64,000 nucleotides of DNA, from assembly GCA_003598025.1 (NCBI GenBank), contig QZKH01000006.1:172035-236034 (forward strand), given 5' to 3'. How positions within the stretch are numbered: the stretch's first letter is position 1; each line of letters begins with the position of its first letter. This DNA is from Candidatus Omnitrophota bacterium (GTDB lineage Bacteria; Omnitrophota; Gorgyraeia; Gygaellales; Profunditerraquicolaceae). The notes below the pieces were generated by a model. It had not been told where the DNA came from. It did not search any database and saw nothing but the letters and a program-made list of their open reading frames with translations. Both the position numbers and the translations under genes were made by a program. Positions 47,981 to 56,967 of the stretch are shown here, piece after piece.

Positions 47981-49042
47981 TTGGGCAACATAAAAGAATA
48001 TAAAACTGAAGACAAAAATAGAATCTTTGAACTTTTAAGCAGGACGTATAATCCACAGCTGGTAAAGATTTATGAGTCTATCTGGGAATGGTTATTTACT
48101 AATAATCCATTTTTGCCCGGAGATTCAGGTTGCGTATCAATTATGGAAGAAGGTAATGATTTAGCAGGGGTAGTCTGCAGTATTTTTGCGGATGTAAAAT
48201 TAAATAATTGTATCCGTAAATGCCGCTGGGCAAGTTTCTTTATTATCGATCAGCGGTACCGAGGGTCTGGAATTGAATTAGCCACGTCTGTTATGAATTC
48301 CAAATACCACCCTATGTTCGGTTTCCCGAATCCCAAAGCATCCGTCTTTGAGAAAAACTTAGGCTTTAGGCATATAGGCAATATTAAAAGTAGAATCCGT
48401 ATATTTAACATTTCGTCTTTTTTTAGAAGAATCCGGATTGATGTGCCTATTCTTAGTAAGACTGCAGATATATCCACAGCCTCCGACAAAGAGCTGGATT
48501 ATGATGATAATGGATTAAATATACGGAGAATATTTGATTTTGATGATACCTTTGATGATTTTTGGGAAATGGCTGCGTCAGGATATGATTATATAGTCGT
48601 CAGGAGCAGGTCATACCTGCATTGGAGATTTGTCGATTCGCCAATCAAGTATATGATTTATAAAGCTATCGGTAAGGATAATAGTCTAAAAGGGTATATC
48701 GTGCTCAGGATTCTTAAAAATAAAATAATGACTAAAGGCTATATCGTGGATATTTTTGCAAGGCAGGATGATTTTAAATCCATTAATTCATTAGTCAAGT
48801 TTTCCGTGTGTTTATTTAAGAAGGAAAAATGCGATCTTGCAGAATGCCTTATTTCTACCTCAAGGAGCGCTTACAATAGAGCATTATATCTTAACGGCTT
48901 TATCATAAACAGGCCTAAAGTAGAATTTTTGTTTTTTTCAGGCTTAGAAAGTGATATGTCACAAATCAGCGTTTTAGGCAAATGGTTCATTACTGCAGCC
49001 GACCCGGATTTAGAGATGACTAATATTTTCCCGGGAAGTTAA
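47981..49042 (+). CDS. GNAT-family acyltransferase (two-domain), paralog A
   Basis: WLF.NNP, YRGSG, FGFPN, YLHWRF, GYIV; TTG start. Confidence 0.72.
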   Translation: MGNIKEYKTEDKNRIFELLSRTYNPQLVKIYESIWEWLFTNNPFLPGDSGCVSIMEEGNDLAGVVCSIFADVKLNNCIRKCRWASFFIIDQRYRGSGIELATSVMNSKYHPMFGFPNPKASVFEKNLGFRHIGNIKSRIRIFNISSFFRRIRIDVPILSKTADISTASDKELDYDDNGLNIRRIFDFDDTFDDFWEMAASGYDYIVVRSRSYLHWRFVDSPIKYMIYKAIGKDNSLKGYIVLRILKNKIMTKGYIVDIFARQDDFKSINSLVKFSVCLFKKEKCDLAECLISTSRSAYNRALYLNGFIINRPKVEFLFFSGLESDMSQISVLGKWFITAADPDLEMTNIFPGS

Positions 49043-49077
49043 TTTAAGCAAATTTGAGCGATTAAGGGGTAAGAGTC

Positions 49078-50100
49078 ATGCTTCCTGAAGTATCCGTAAT
49101 TATACCGACTTATAATAGATGCCTTTCTCTGGAAAAATGCCTGTATTCTTTGCTAAATCAGAGTTTTGATAAGAATGCTTATCAAGTAGTAGTAGTTGAT
49201 GATGGCTCAACCGATAATACGCAAGAGGTGATAAATAAATTCCGTTTTGACAAAAACGAGAACCTTATTTACGTTAGGCAGGAGCATGGAGGCACTTCTT
49301 CTGCCTGTAATTGTGGGATAAAACAAGCGAGCTCAAATCTGCTTGCATTTACAGAAGATGACTGCATATTAAAAGCGGATTGGATTAGCCAGATCGTGGC
49401 ATTTAGTAGATTTTATCCGGATGCAGACGCCTGGGGGTGTATGGTAATTAACAATTTTTTTGATAAAAACCATGGCTATAACCTGCAATTTGAGGATCTG
49501 CAATTGGCCAAAAGGCGGAAATCACGCTCTATGCATAAAATTAATGTTTTTGGTTTTGTTAATGTTTTGGCAGGGAATTGCGCTATCAGAAAGAAAGTTT
49601 TCTCGGATTTGGGCGGTTTTGATACTAATTTTATTTATTGTGAGGACGCAGAGTTTACAATAAGGATGTTAAAATACAAATATAAGGTATTGATCAATAA
49701 TGATATGATTGCCCGGCACTACATTACGGCTAAATTGCCTATAAACGTAAAGAAAAATTTTAATTTCGGAGTAGGTAACAATCTTGCACTGAGAAAGCAT
49801 TTTGATAAAAAAGTCATTCTTCCTTTCTATGATCCAGAAAATAATAAGTTCTTACTCAGGTTTCCGGTTATGCTCTTTTTGCATTTTGGCCGCAAAGAAG
49901 TAATTCTGGCAGTCTTTATATTTTCTGCTGTATTATTTCCGCATGTTTGCGTTTTCTTGGTTGTCGGAGGGTTTTTATACTATTCTTTAGTTTTTAGAAA
50001 TATTAAAGCAGCAGCCTTCCATATGTTTTTCAATGCGGCTGTTTATCTTTCGGAGAGCATCGGATTTTTAACAGGCTATTTGCGGGTGTTTAAGCGATGA
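49078..50100 (+). CDS. GT2 glycosyltransferase with C-terminal TMs
   Basis: IIPTYNR, VVDDGSTD, FTEDDC, GGFD, EDAEF. Confidence 0.88.
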   Translation: MLPEVSVIIPTYNRCLSLEKCLYSLLNQSFDKNAYQVVVVDDGSTDNTQEVINKFRFDKNENLIYVRQEHGGTSSACNCGIKQASSNLLAFTEDDCILKADWISQIVAFSRFYPDADAWGCMVINNFFDKNHGYNLQFEDLQLAKRRKSRSMHKINVFGFVNVLAGNCAIRKKVFSDLGGFDTNFIYCEDAEFTIRMLKYKYKVLINNDMIARHYITAKLPINVKKNFNFGVGNNLALRKHFDKKVILPFYDPENNKFLLRFPVMLFLHFGRKEVILAVFIFSAVLFPHVCVFLVVGGFLYYSLVFRNIKAAAFHMFFNAAVYLSESIGFLTGYLRVFKR

Positions 50101-50110
50101 GGGGGTTTCT

Positions 50111-51016
50111 ATGGCAGATTTAGGGGTTATAATACCTACCAGGAATAGGATAGGCCCTCTTTTTAAATGCCTGGAGTCATTAGTCAAGCAGGATTGTAGC
50201 AAGGATAAATTTGAAATATTCGTAGTTGAAGACGGCTGTAGTAGCAATATCAAGGGACTGGTTAACGATATCGCTGTTTGCGGAAATAACATAAGATATC
50301 TTAGCAACAATAAAAAAAGCGGTGCATCAGCTACTAGAAATTTAGGGTTAAAAATTTGTCACTCAGAAATCATTGCTTTTGTAGACGATGATTGCCGTTT
50401 GCCTGCGAATTGGGTAAGAAATATCTTATATTATCATAGCAAATATCCTGATGCCAAAGTTATCCAGGGTGAGGTTTTGGCCGACTCTTTAAAAAGTATA
50501 TTTGAAATCTCGGAATATCTGATCTACAGTGTTTTTTTTAAGAAAAGTATATATGAGCATAATGGTATTAAATCAATAGATATCCTTAATGCAGCGAATC
50601 TTTCATTAAAAAGGAGTATCATAGACGATAAAACGCTATTTTTTCGGGAAGATTTTAAATTCTCGGAAGATATTGATCTATCCAATAGGATCCTTTCCAA
50701 AGGAACGATTTTTTTCTACGTTGAGGATATTAAGGCCTATCATTCATACAGCAGCGATATATTTTCTTTTATAAGAAGAGGCATACGCGACGGCAGGGGG
50801 GAATATTTGATTAAGTGCTCTAAAGGTGCGCCTAAACAAGACAAAATTACAGGGATTCGGGGTATTAACTTTTTTAATTTTATGGTTAAGCTATATTTCA
50901 GGGAGTTTAGCATAGGCAAATCAATGGTTTTAACCCAACTGCATATATTAAGATGCTTATTGAGGCGTTTAGGTTTTGTATTTCAATTGGTTGTAATGGC
51001 TATTATTAAAACATGA
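50111..51016 (+). CDS. GT2 glycosyltransferase
   Basis: IIPTRNR, VEDG, RN.G, FVDDDC, EDIDL. Confidence 0.88.
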   Translation: MADLGVIIPTRNRIGPLFKCLESLVKQDCSKDKFEIFVVEDGCSSNIKGLVNDIAVCGNNIRYLSNNKKSGASATRNLGLKICHSEIIAFVDDDCRLPANWVRNILYYHSKYPDAKVIQGEVLADSLKSIFEISEYLIYSVFFKKSIYEHNGIKSIDILNAANLSLKRSIIDDKTLFFREDFKFSEDIDLSNRILSKGTIFFYVEDIKAYHSYSSDIFSFIRRGIRDGRGEYLIKCSKGAPKQDKITGIRGINFFNFMVKLYFREFSIGKSMVLTQLHILRCLLRRLGFVFQLVVMAIIKT

Positions 51017-52053
51017 TAAGAAGATTCAGAAAAGAAGATATTAAAGATTTGGCTGAATTGGCAAGTTCAGTTCTAGGGCCGACTTCAGAAAGACTTTTGC
51101 ACTGGCTGTTTATTGATAACCCTTTTTTACCTAAAGGCAAGACCAACCTTGTATTGGAGGAGGATTCTAAGATAGTCGGTATGGCTTTTAATGTCTATGT
51201 TAAATTGAAATTTTATGATAGGACACTTGATGCCAGATGGGCTTGTTTTTTTGTGACTAGCCCTGATTACAGGGGTTCAGGTATTGAGCTTGCAGAACAG
51301 TATATACAGATACCGTATTATCCTTTTTTGGCTTTTTCCACCAAGAAGCATTTTATGATGGAGTCAAGATTCGGTTTTAAAAAAATCTTTGATATATGCA
51401 GCTATATCAGCATAATCGATTTTAAAAAATTATTTAGATTTAAATTAGGAAAAAATCTTTTTCTTGAGCGCATCGGAGAATTTCTAAACCGATTACTCGG
51501 GTTAGGAAGCAAGATATGCGCTGAAAGAATGCCCAAAGGTTTGAATTTTGAGGAGATTACATATTTTGACGAAAGATTTAATGATTTATGGCGTAGGTGT
51601 TCGCCATATTACCAGATACTGGTTAAAAGGGATAAAGATTACCTGAATTGGAGGTTTACGCGTTCTCCATCGCAGTACAGGATTATTGCCTTAGTTGATG
51701 ATACCAAAGTTTACGGCTATATAGTTATCTCTGTGAACGAGAAGAATGGGCTTAAGAAAGGGGCTATCCTTGATTTGTTAGCAGCAAATGATAATAAAAC
51801 TGCTGTCATTGATGCGCTTTTGTCTGAAGCTTTAAGATATTTCAGGAAGGAAGGATGTTATTCTGCGGATTTTCTCATTCTTACCGCGAAAAAAGAATAC
51901 TTAAAGCCAATGCGCAAGCATGGTTTCTTATTTAAAAGACTGAGGTCTACCTTTGTGGTTTATAAAAAATGCGGGGGGGATATCAAGGGCTTAAGAAACT
52001 GGAAAAACTGGTTTGTCACGCGCTCTGACCCGGATTTAGAATTATGCGATTAA
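51013..52053 (+). CDS. GNAT-family acyltransferase (two-domain), paralog B
   Basis: WLFIDNP, PDYRGSG, YLNWRF, GYIV, WFVTRSDPDLE. Confidence 0.72.
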   Translation: MIRRFRKEDIKDLAELASSVLGPTSERLLHWLFIDNPFLPKGKTNLVLEEDSKIVGMAFNVYVKLKFYDRTLDARWACFFVTSPDYRGSGIELAEQYIQIPYYPFLAFSTKKHFMMESRFGFKKIFDICSYISIIDFKKLFRFKLGKNLFLERIGEFLNRLLGLGSKICAERMPKGLNFEEITYFDERFNDLWRRCSPYYQILVKRDKDYLNWRFTRSPSQYRIIALVDDTKVYGYIVISVNEKNGLKKGAILDLLAANDNKTAVIDALLSEALRYFRKEGCYSADFLILTAKKEYLKPMRKHGFLFKRLRSTFVVYKKCGGDIKGLRNWKNWFVTRSDPDLELCD

Positions 52054-53120
52054 AATCTTATATTAAGCGTTTATCTTATTGTTCAAGCAGGGTTGTGTTC
52101 TATATTATGATATTTACACGTTTCCCGGCAGTAGCCTTGAATTATTATAGATATATTACCGGTGGCAAGAAAATAAGAGTCAGTCATTCTCCGTTGCTTG
52201 TAAATTTTTATATCACAAATAAGTGTAATTTTAATTGCCGGATGTGCCTTAGGAAAGAACAAGGATATGCCGATAGCGCCGGCATGAGAAAAGATATGGA
52301 TTTAGGCAAATTCAGCGAATTGCTTGCCAAATTCAATAAATGTATCTATGTGCAGTTTGCCGGTTTAGGGGAACCGCTTTTAAATAAAGATATTTTTAAA
52401 ATGATGTCTTTGGCAAGAGAAAGAAGGAAAGGGATAATTTTATATACAAATGCCGCTTTTCTCGATCAGCAGGCAGCGGTCAGGATATGTGATTTAGGGG
52501 TACATAGAGTTAACATTAGCCTGTATGGAGCAAACCCTGAAGAGTTTTTTGCTAACACTGGCAGCGACAGGCAAGATTATTATTCAGTCCTGGATAACAT
52601 CAGCCGTTTGGTAAGAATCAAGAAAAGTAGAAGCCCGAGGCTTATGGTGTCAATATTATATATCTGCTCAAAACGTAACATTGACGATTGCTTAAAGGTA
52701 ATTGATATAGGTAATTTACTCGGGGTCGACGAAATACACTTTAATAATTTCAATCATCAGCCTTTTGATGCGGAAGCCGGAAAGGATTGGTACTTATTTG
52801 AGGATGATATGGAAGTTGTTAAAACGGTGGCGAGAATGAGGAGCTATTACTCATATGCGCAAGTATTTGCTCCGGCTGTTTTAAAGATAAGCGCGCCTAA
52901 GAAAGCCTGTCCTTCTTACTACAAGTATATTAATATAGATTATGAAGGCAATGTTGCCGGATGCTGTAAATTTTCATACCCGGTTAAGGAGAACGGGAAC
53001 ATCTATTCTGATAAGGATATATTCAATACGGACCATTTTTTAAAGATGAGATCCATTTTTACCGGTAAGCACTGTGAATTGCCGCGGAATTGTAAGTTAT
53101 GCCAGGAGATCTACAAGTGA
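52044..53120 (+). CDS. Radical SAM/SPASM (twitch) protein
   Basis: CNFNCRMC, GEPLL, YTNA; C-terminal CP...GNVAGCC...C....CKLC. Confidence 0.88.
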   Translation: MRLKSYIKRLSYCSSRVVFYIMIFTRFPAVALNYYRYITGGKKIRVSHSPLLVNFYITNKCNFNCRMCLRKEQGYADSAGMRKDMDLGKFSELLAKFNKCIYVQFAGLGEPLLNKDIFKMMSLARERRKGIILYTNAAFLDQQAAVRICDLGVHRVNISLYGANPEEFFANTGSDRQDYYSVLDNISRLVRIKKSRSPRLMVSILYICSKRNIDDCLKVIDIGNLLGVDEIHFNNFNHQPFDAEAGKDWYLFEDDMEVVKTVARMRSYYSYAQVFAPAVLKISAPKKACPSYYKYINIDYEGNVAGCCKFSYPVKENGNIYSDKDIFNTDHFLKMRSIFTGKHCELPRNCKLCQEIYK

Positions 53121-54175
53121 TAGAGCCTACAGTAGCCCCTGAGCCAGGTAAGAACTTAAGAGTTCTATTTATTGAGCTTTGCCGATTAGGAGACGTAGTT
53201 TGCGCTTTGCCTGCGATAAGGATATTCAGGGGGCATTATGCAGAAGCTGAGATAACCGTGTTAACCGAGCCCGGTTACGAAGGGATAGTTGATGCAGCCG
53301 GATGTGGATGCAAGGCCATATCCTTTGTTGGGGAAAATAAGCTTTTAAGCACCTTAAGGACGCTTTCTTATCTAAGAAAAAACAGTTTTGACTTAGTCGT
53401 CTCACTTAGCCCTGCAAAAAGAAATTCCCTCGTCGCTTTTTTTTCTAAAGCAAAGATAAAATCAGGATATTTTACTTTATTTAGGAAGATATCCGGTTTA
53501 GATGAAAGCATTGTAAAGATCTTTGTAAAGCGCAGCGTAAAAAGGGCGGGGCAATTTAAAAGGAATGAGAATATTATCAAAAGGGCTCTAAAACCGTTAG
53601 TAGCATTGGGCTTAGATGTACGGGTATTGGGAAAAACGTTATTATTACCAAAAAGCGTGGAGACTGATGCGATTGATTTTTTAACCAGGGTAAAAAAGTA
53701 CAGGAAAACTATATCTGTGCAAGTTTGTTCTTCTTCAAGATTCCGGGATTGGCCAGAAGAAAACTTTATAAAATTGTTTAATTTGCTTAAGAACTACGAT
53801 ATATTAGTATTCGGTTCTGAGCAAGAAAGACAGAGAATTGATAGGGTTGTTAATGATTCTGATTGCAACATTATACCTGTTATCGGTTATCCGATTATTC
53901 AGGCCGCTGCCATGATAGCCAGGAGCGACCTGTTTATAGGTCTTGATTCAGGTTTGATGCATATTGCTGATTCTCTATGTGTTCCAATGGTGCTTATCTT
54001 CGGTCCATCTAACCCGGTTGTGACCGGCACCATCAATCGGACAGCTGCAATAATAAGCAAGAACTTTGAATGCAGCCCTTGCAGACAGGATATTTGCGCT
54101 AGGAAAATAAAATGCATGCGTTCTATAAATCCGGAAGAAGTCTTTAAAGAGGTCATTAAGAAAATTAACGTGTAG
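53117..54175 (+). CDS. GT9 heptosyltransferase-family protein
   Basis: RLGDVV, RDWP, DSGLMHIA, FGPS, CSPC. GTG at 53117 (SD AGGAG, GTGA overlap) preferred over 53099. Confidence 0.85.
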   Translation: MIEPTVAPEPGKNLRVLFIELCRLGDVVCALPAIRIFRGHYAEAEITVLTEPGYEGIVDAAGCGCKAISFVGENKLLSTLRTLSYLRKNSFDLVVSLSPAKRNSLVAFFSKAKIKSGYFTLFRKISGLDESIVKIFVKRSVKRAGQFKRNENIIKRALKPLVALGLDVRVLGKTLLLPKSVETDAIDFLTRVKKYRKTISVQVCSSSRFRDWPEENFIKLFNLLKNYDILVFGSEQERQRIDRVVNDSDCNIIPVIGYPIIQAAAMIARSDLFIGLDSGLMHIADSLCVPMVLIFGPSNPVVTGTINRTAAIISKNFECSPCRQDICARKIKCMRSINPEEVFKEVIKKINV

Positions 54176-54186
54176 CAGAGTCCGCC

Positions 54187-54939
54187 ATGAAAAAGATATT
54201 CAAGAATAAGACGGTAATTATAAGCGGAGGCTCAACTGGTATAGGCAGGGCTGTAGCCTTACATTTAGCTCAGGCCGGTGCCAATATATCATTTAGCTAT
54301 TTTAAGAGTAAATATCAGGCAGAGGTATTAAGAAAAGAGCTATGCGCTCTAAAAATTAAAACAAAGGCTTATCATGTAGATATTAAGAGTTTTGAATCAG
54401 TAAGTAAATGGGTGCAAGCTTCTAAGCGTTATTTCGGTGAAATAGACGCAGTGATAAACAATGCAGGCATATTTGAGCCGTATGCCCTTGCTTTCACAAG
54501 TAAATACACGTGGAAAAAGGTTATTGATACTAATTTAGGCGGAGTATTTAACTTGAGCCAGTCGGTGATCACGGATTTTATGAAGAGGAAAAAAGGCGTG
54601 ATTATAAATATTGTCTCTCTTAATGCTATAATAGGCGGTTCGCCGACTAACTATGTTGCCTCAAAATCCGGGATAATTGGTTTTACTAAATCTTTGGCCA
54701 GGGAGGTGTCTAAGTATAACATAAGGGTCAACGCTATAGCTCCGGGGTATATAGATACAGAGATGATAAAACATTTCAACCAGGACCATAGAAGGGCGCT
54801 TATATCAAGTATCCCGCTTGGGAGATTGGGATATCCTGATGATGTAGCAAAACTGGTTAAATTTTTGGTTAGCAATGAATCTTCTTACATAACCGGGCAG
54901 ACCATTATAATTGACGGCGGATTTTCTATGGTACTTTAA
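54187..54939 (+). CDS. fabG: 3-oxoacyl-ACP reductase (SDR)
   Basis: GGSTGIG, NNAG, YVASK, NAIAPGYIDT, IPLGRLG. Confidence 0.88.
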   Translation: MKKIFKNKTVIISGGSTGIGRAVALHLAQAGANISFSYFKSKYQAEVLRKELCALKIKTKAYHVDIKSFESVSKWVQASKRYFGEIDAVINNAGIFEPYALAFTSKYTWKKVIDTNLGGVFNLSQSVITDFMKRKKGVIINIVSLNAIIGGSPTNYVASKSGIIGFTKSLAREVSKYNIRVNAIAPGYIDTEMIKHFNQDHRRALISSIPLGRLGYPDDVAKLVKFLVSNESSYITGQTIIIDGGFSMVL

Positions 54940-54943
54940 AACA

Positions 54944-56161
54944 ATGAATAAAAGAATCGTAATATCAGGGATAGGCATTATTTCACCTTTAGGCACGAAC
55001 AAGGATGAATTCTGGAGAGCTCTTAGAAATGGAGTCTCAGGATTTAAAGCAGAAGGCCATGTTTCAGGCAGGTTTGGAGCTAGAAAAGCAGCTTTGATCA
55101 GGAACGAAACGATCAAACCGATGTTTAAGGGGGGGCAACTGGCACCCAATAGATGCTCAAATTTAGCTTATTTAGCCGCGAGGATGGCTTTAGTTGACTC
55201 AGGGTTAACTATAGATGAAAAGAACACAGATCTTTTTGGGGTATGCACAGCATCAACCTTGTCTAATTTGTCTTGTTTAGCTAAGCTGACAAGGCAAGCA
55301 CTTAAAGGCGGGATGCGGGATTTGGACCCGACTTTATTACCGCATTCATTGTTGAATTCAACCTCCAGTTATATCTCGATAAAACTTAATATCCAGGGTT
55401 TTAATACCACTATATCTAATGGCCAGACATCAAGCCTGGATGCGATTGATTATGCAGCTAATTTAATCAAGCTTGACAGGGTTGCTTGTGTTATCGTTAT
55501 AGGAGTCGAAGAAGTAGCCAAAGTGGTCCTGGATGCGTTTTCTAGCGAAGGGATGCTGGCAGGAAATAACGGCCGGCAGATATGTTGCCCGTTTGATAAG
55601 AGGAGAAATGGCCTGGTCCTTGGAGAAGGTGCGATCGGGCTGGTGATTGAAGATATACAACATGCGTTTTCCCGGGAAGCTAAAATCTATGCAGAGATCC
55701 TAGGATATGGAAATTATTTTTCCTGCCTGAAAGGCAGTAGATTCTCAGGGGTACAAAAAAGCATGGCTAAGTCTATAGAAAAGAGCAGATTGGATATAAG
55801 GCAGATAGATTACATAAGCGCAGCTGCAAATTCTGACCAGTTTTTAGATTTATCGGAAACCATAGCTGTAAAAAAACTATTTGGCAGCAATGCAAAAAGA
55901 ATACCTGTAAGCGCGATTAAATCCATGATCGGTGAGACGATAAGTGCGGCAGGACTTTTTCAGGTTGTTTCTGCCATCGGGATGATGCATAACAATTTTG
56001 TCGCACCCACAATAAATTACAGGGTAAGAGACCCTGGTTGTGACTTAGAATATATCCCAAATAAATCTATTGTAAAGAAGATTAATACCGCGTTGATAAA
56101 TAATATTGGTTTTACGGGCAGCAGCTCAACACTTATTATATCCAAGCCTCAGCCGAATTAA
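54944..56161 (+). CDS. Catalytically altered ketosynthase (chain-length-factor / KS-beta-like)
   Basis: KS fold (VISGIG..SPLG, PFDKRRNG...GEGA). Active Cys replaced by Gln (SNGQTSS); HGTGT becomes AANSD; GH becomes GE. Confidence 0.85.
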   Translation: MNKRIVISGIGIISPLGTNKDEFWRALRNGVSGFKAEGHVSGRFGARKAALIRNETIKPMFKGGQLAPNRCSNLAYLAARMALVDSGLTIDEKNTDLFGVCTASTLSNLSCLAKLTRQALKGGMRDLDPTLLPHSLLNSTSSYISIKLNIQGFNTTISNGQTSSLDAIDYAANLIKLDRVACVIVIGVEEVAKVVLDAFSSEGMLAGNNGRQICCPFDKRRNGLVLGEGAIGLVIEDIQHAFSREAKIYAEILGYGNYFSCLKGSRFSGVQKSMAKSIEKSRLDIRQIDYISAAANSDQFLDLSETIAVKKLFGSNAKRIPVSAIKSMIGETISAAGLFQVVSAIGMMHNNFVAPTINYRVRDPGCDLEYIPNKSIVKKINTALINNIGFTGSSSTLIISKPQPN

Positions 56162-56171
56162 AGGAGTCAGC

Positions 56172-56414
56172 ATGATTAAAGATCTTAATAAAGAAGTCAT
56201 AAAAATAATATCTAAGGTTATTGCTATAAAGCCTGATAGGATTACCCCTGATTCCGATCTTTTTAGGGATTTGGGCGCCGATTCTCTTAAGGCGATAGAG
56301 ATTGTTGCGGCAATTGAAAAAAAGTATAAACTCAAGCTGGAGATTAAAAGGATTGCCAAGATTAAAACTCCCGGACAAATAATCAATTTGATTGAAGATG
56401 CCTTTAAAAAATGA
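56172..56414 (+). CDS. Acyl carrier protein
   Basis: DLGADSL phosphopantetheine site; SD AAGGAG before ATG at 56172. Confidence 0.92.
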   Translation: MIKDLNKEVIKIISKVIAIKPDRITPDSDLFRDLGADSLKAIEIVAAIEKKYKLKLEIKRIAKIKTPGQIINLIEDAFKK

Positions 56415-56967
56415 AGCTCCTCGGGATAAAGCCCGAGGTTTCTTAGAGCGGAATACCGAGCGTACACACTCCATCCGCACCTTGAAAGGTACGGTTTTGT
56501 TGCCGCGAACGCATAAAATAAGCAGGTCTTTAAATCCGGAAGACCTGCTTCCCCAAAAGCGCCCGTTTATTTTTGTAGATAAGATCCTGGGATATGAGAG
56601 ATCAAAGAAAATTGTCGCGCTCAAGCATCTCAGGAAAAACAGTTTTTTTCTAAAAGGCCACTTTCCAGGGAATCCAATTATGCCCGGGGCCTTGATTGTT
56701 GAGGCTATGGGCCAGGCAAGCATTATGCTTTTCTACTTAAGCAACCCAAGCTTTTCCCCCCACAGTTGTAATCACTATTTAGTAAAGGTTGAAGCCACGT
56801 TTTTGTTTCCTATTCGGCCTAAGGAAGATATTGTCTTGGAGTCAAAGATAACGCATAGTACAGGCGAGTCCGCTATATTTGATACTTGTGCGCGGGTGGG
56901 TTCAAAGATTGCCTCTACCGCAAAGATATATCTTGTAATCAAGAAAAAAAACCATGGCGCAAAATAG
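56392..56967 (+). CDS. fabZ: 3-hydroxyacyl-ACP dehydratase; true start uncertain because of an insertion
   Basis: LLPQKRPFIFVD, GHFPGNPIMPGALIVEAMGQ (catalytic His/Glu). The first ~41 codons are not FabZ-like. Confidence 0.85.
   Translation: MKMPLKNEAPRDKARGFLERNTERTHSIRTLKGTVLLPRTHKISRSLNPEDLLPQKRPFIFVDKILGYERSKKIVALKHLRKNSFFLKGHFPGNPIMPGALIVEAMGQASIMLFYLSNPSFSPHSCNHYLVKVEATFLFPIRPKEDIVLESKITHSTGESAIFDTCARVGSKIASTAKIYLVIKKKNHGAK
56414..56514. mobile_element. Putative ~100 bp non-autonomous two-hairpin (REP/MITE-like) insertion
   Basis: GC-richer than flanks; hairpins CCTCGGG/CCCGAGG and CCGCACCTT/AAGGTACGG. Removing it joins ATG 56411 in frame to AAA ATA AGC (MKISRSLNP...). Confidence 0.55.

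Noticed and set aside
54944-56161. Ketosynthase pseudogene
   Set aside because: The frame is full length and intact, and the Cys-to-Gln change is the specific CLF-type substitution.
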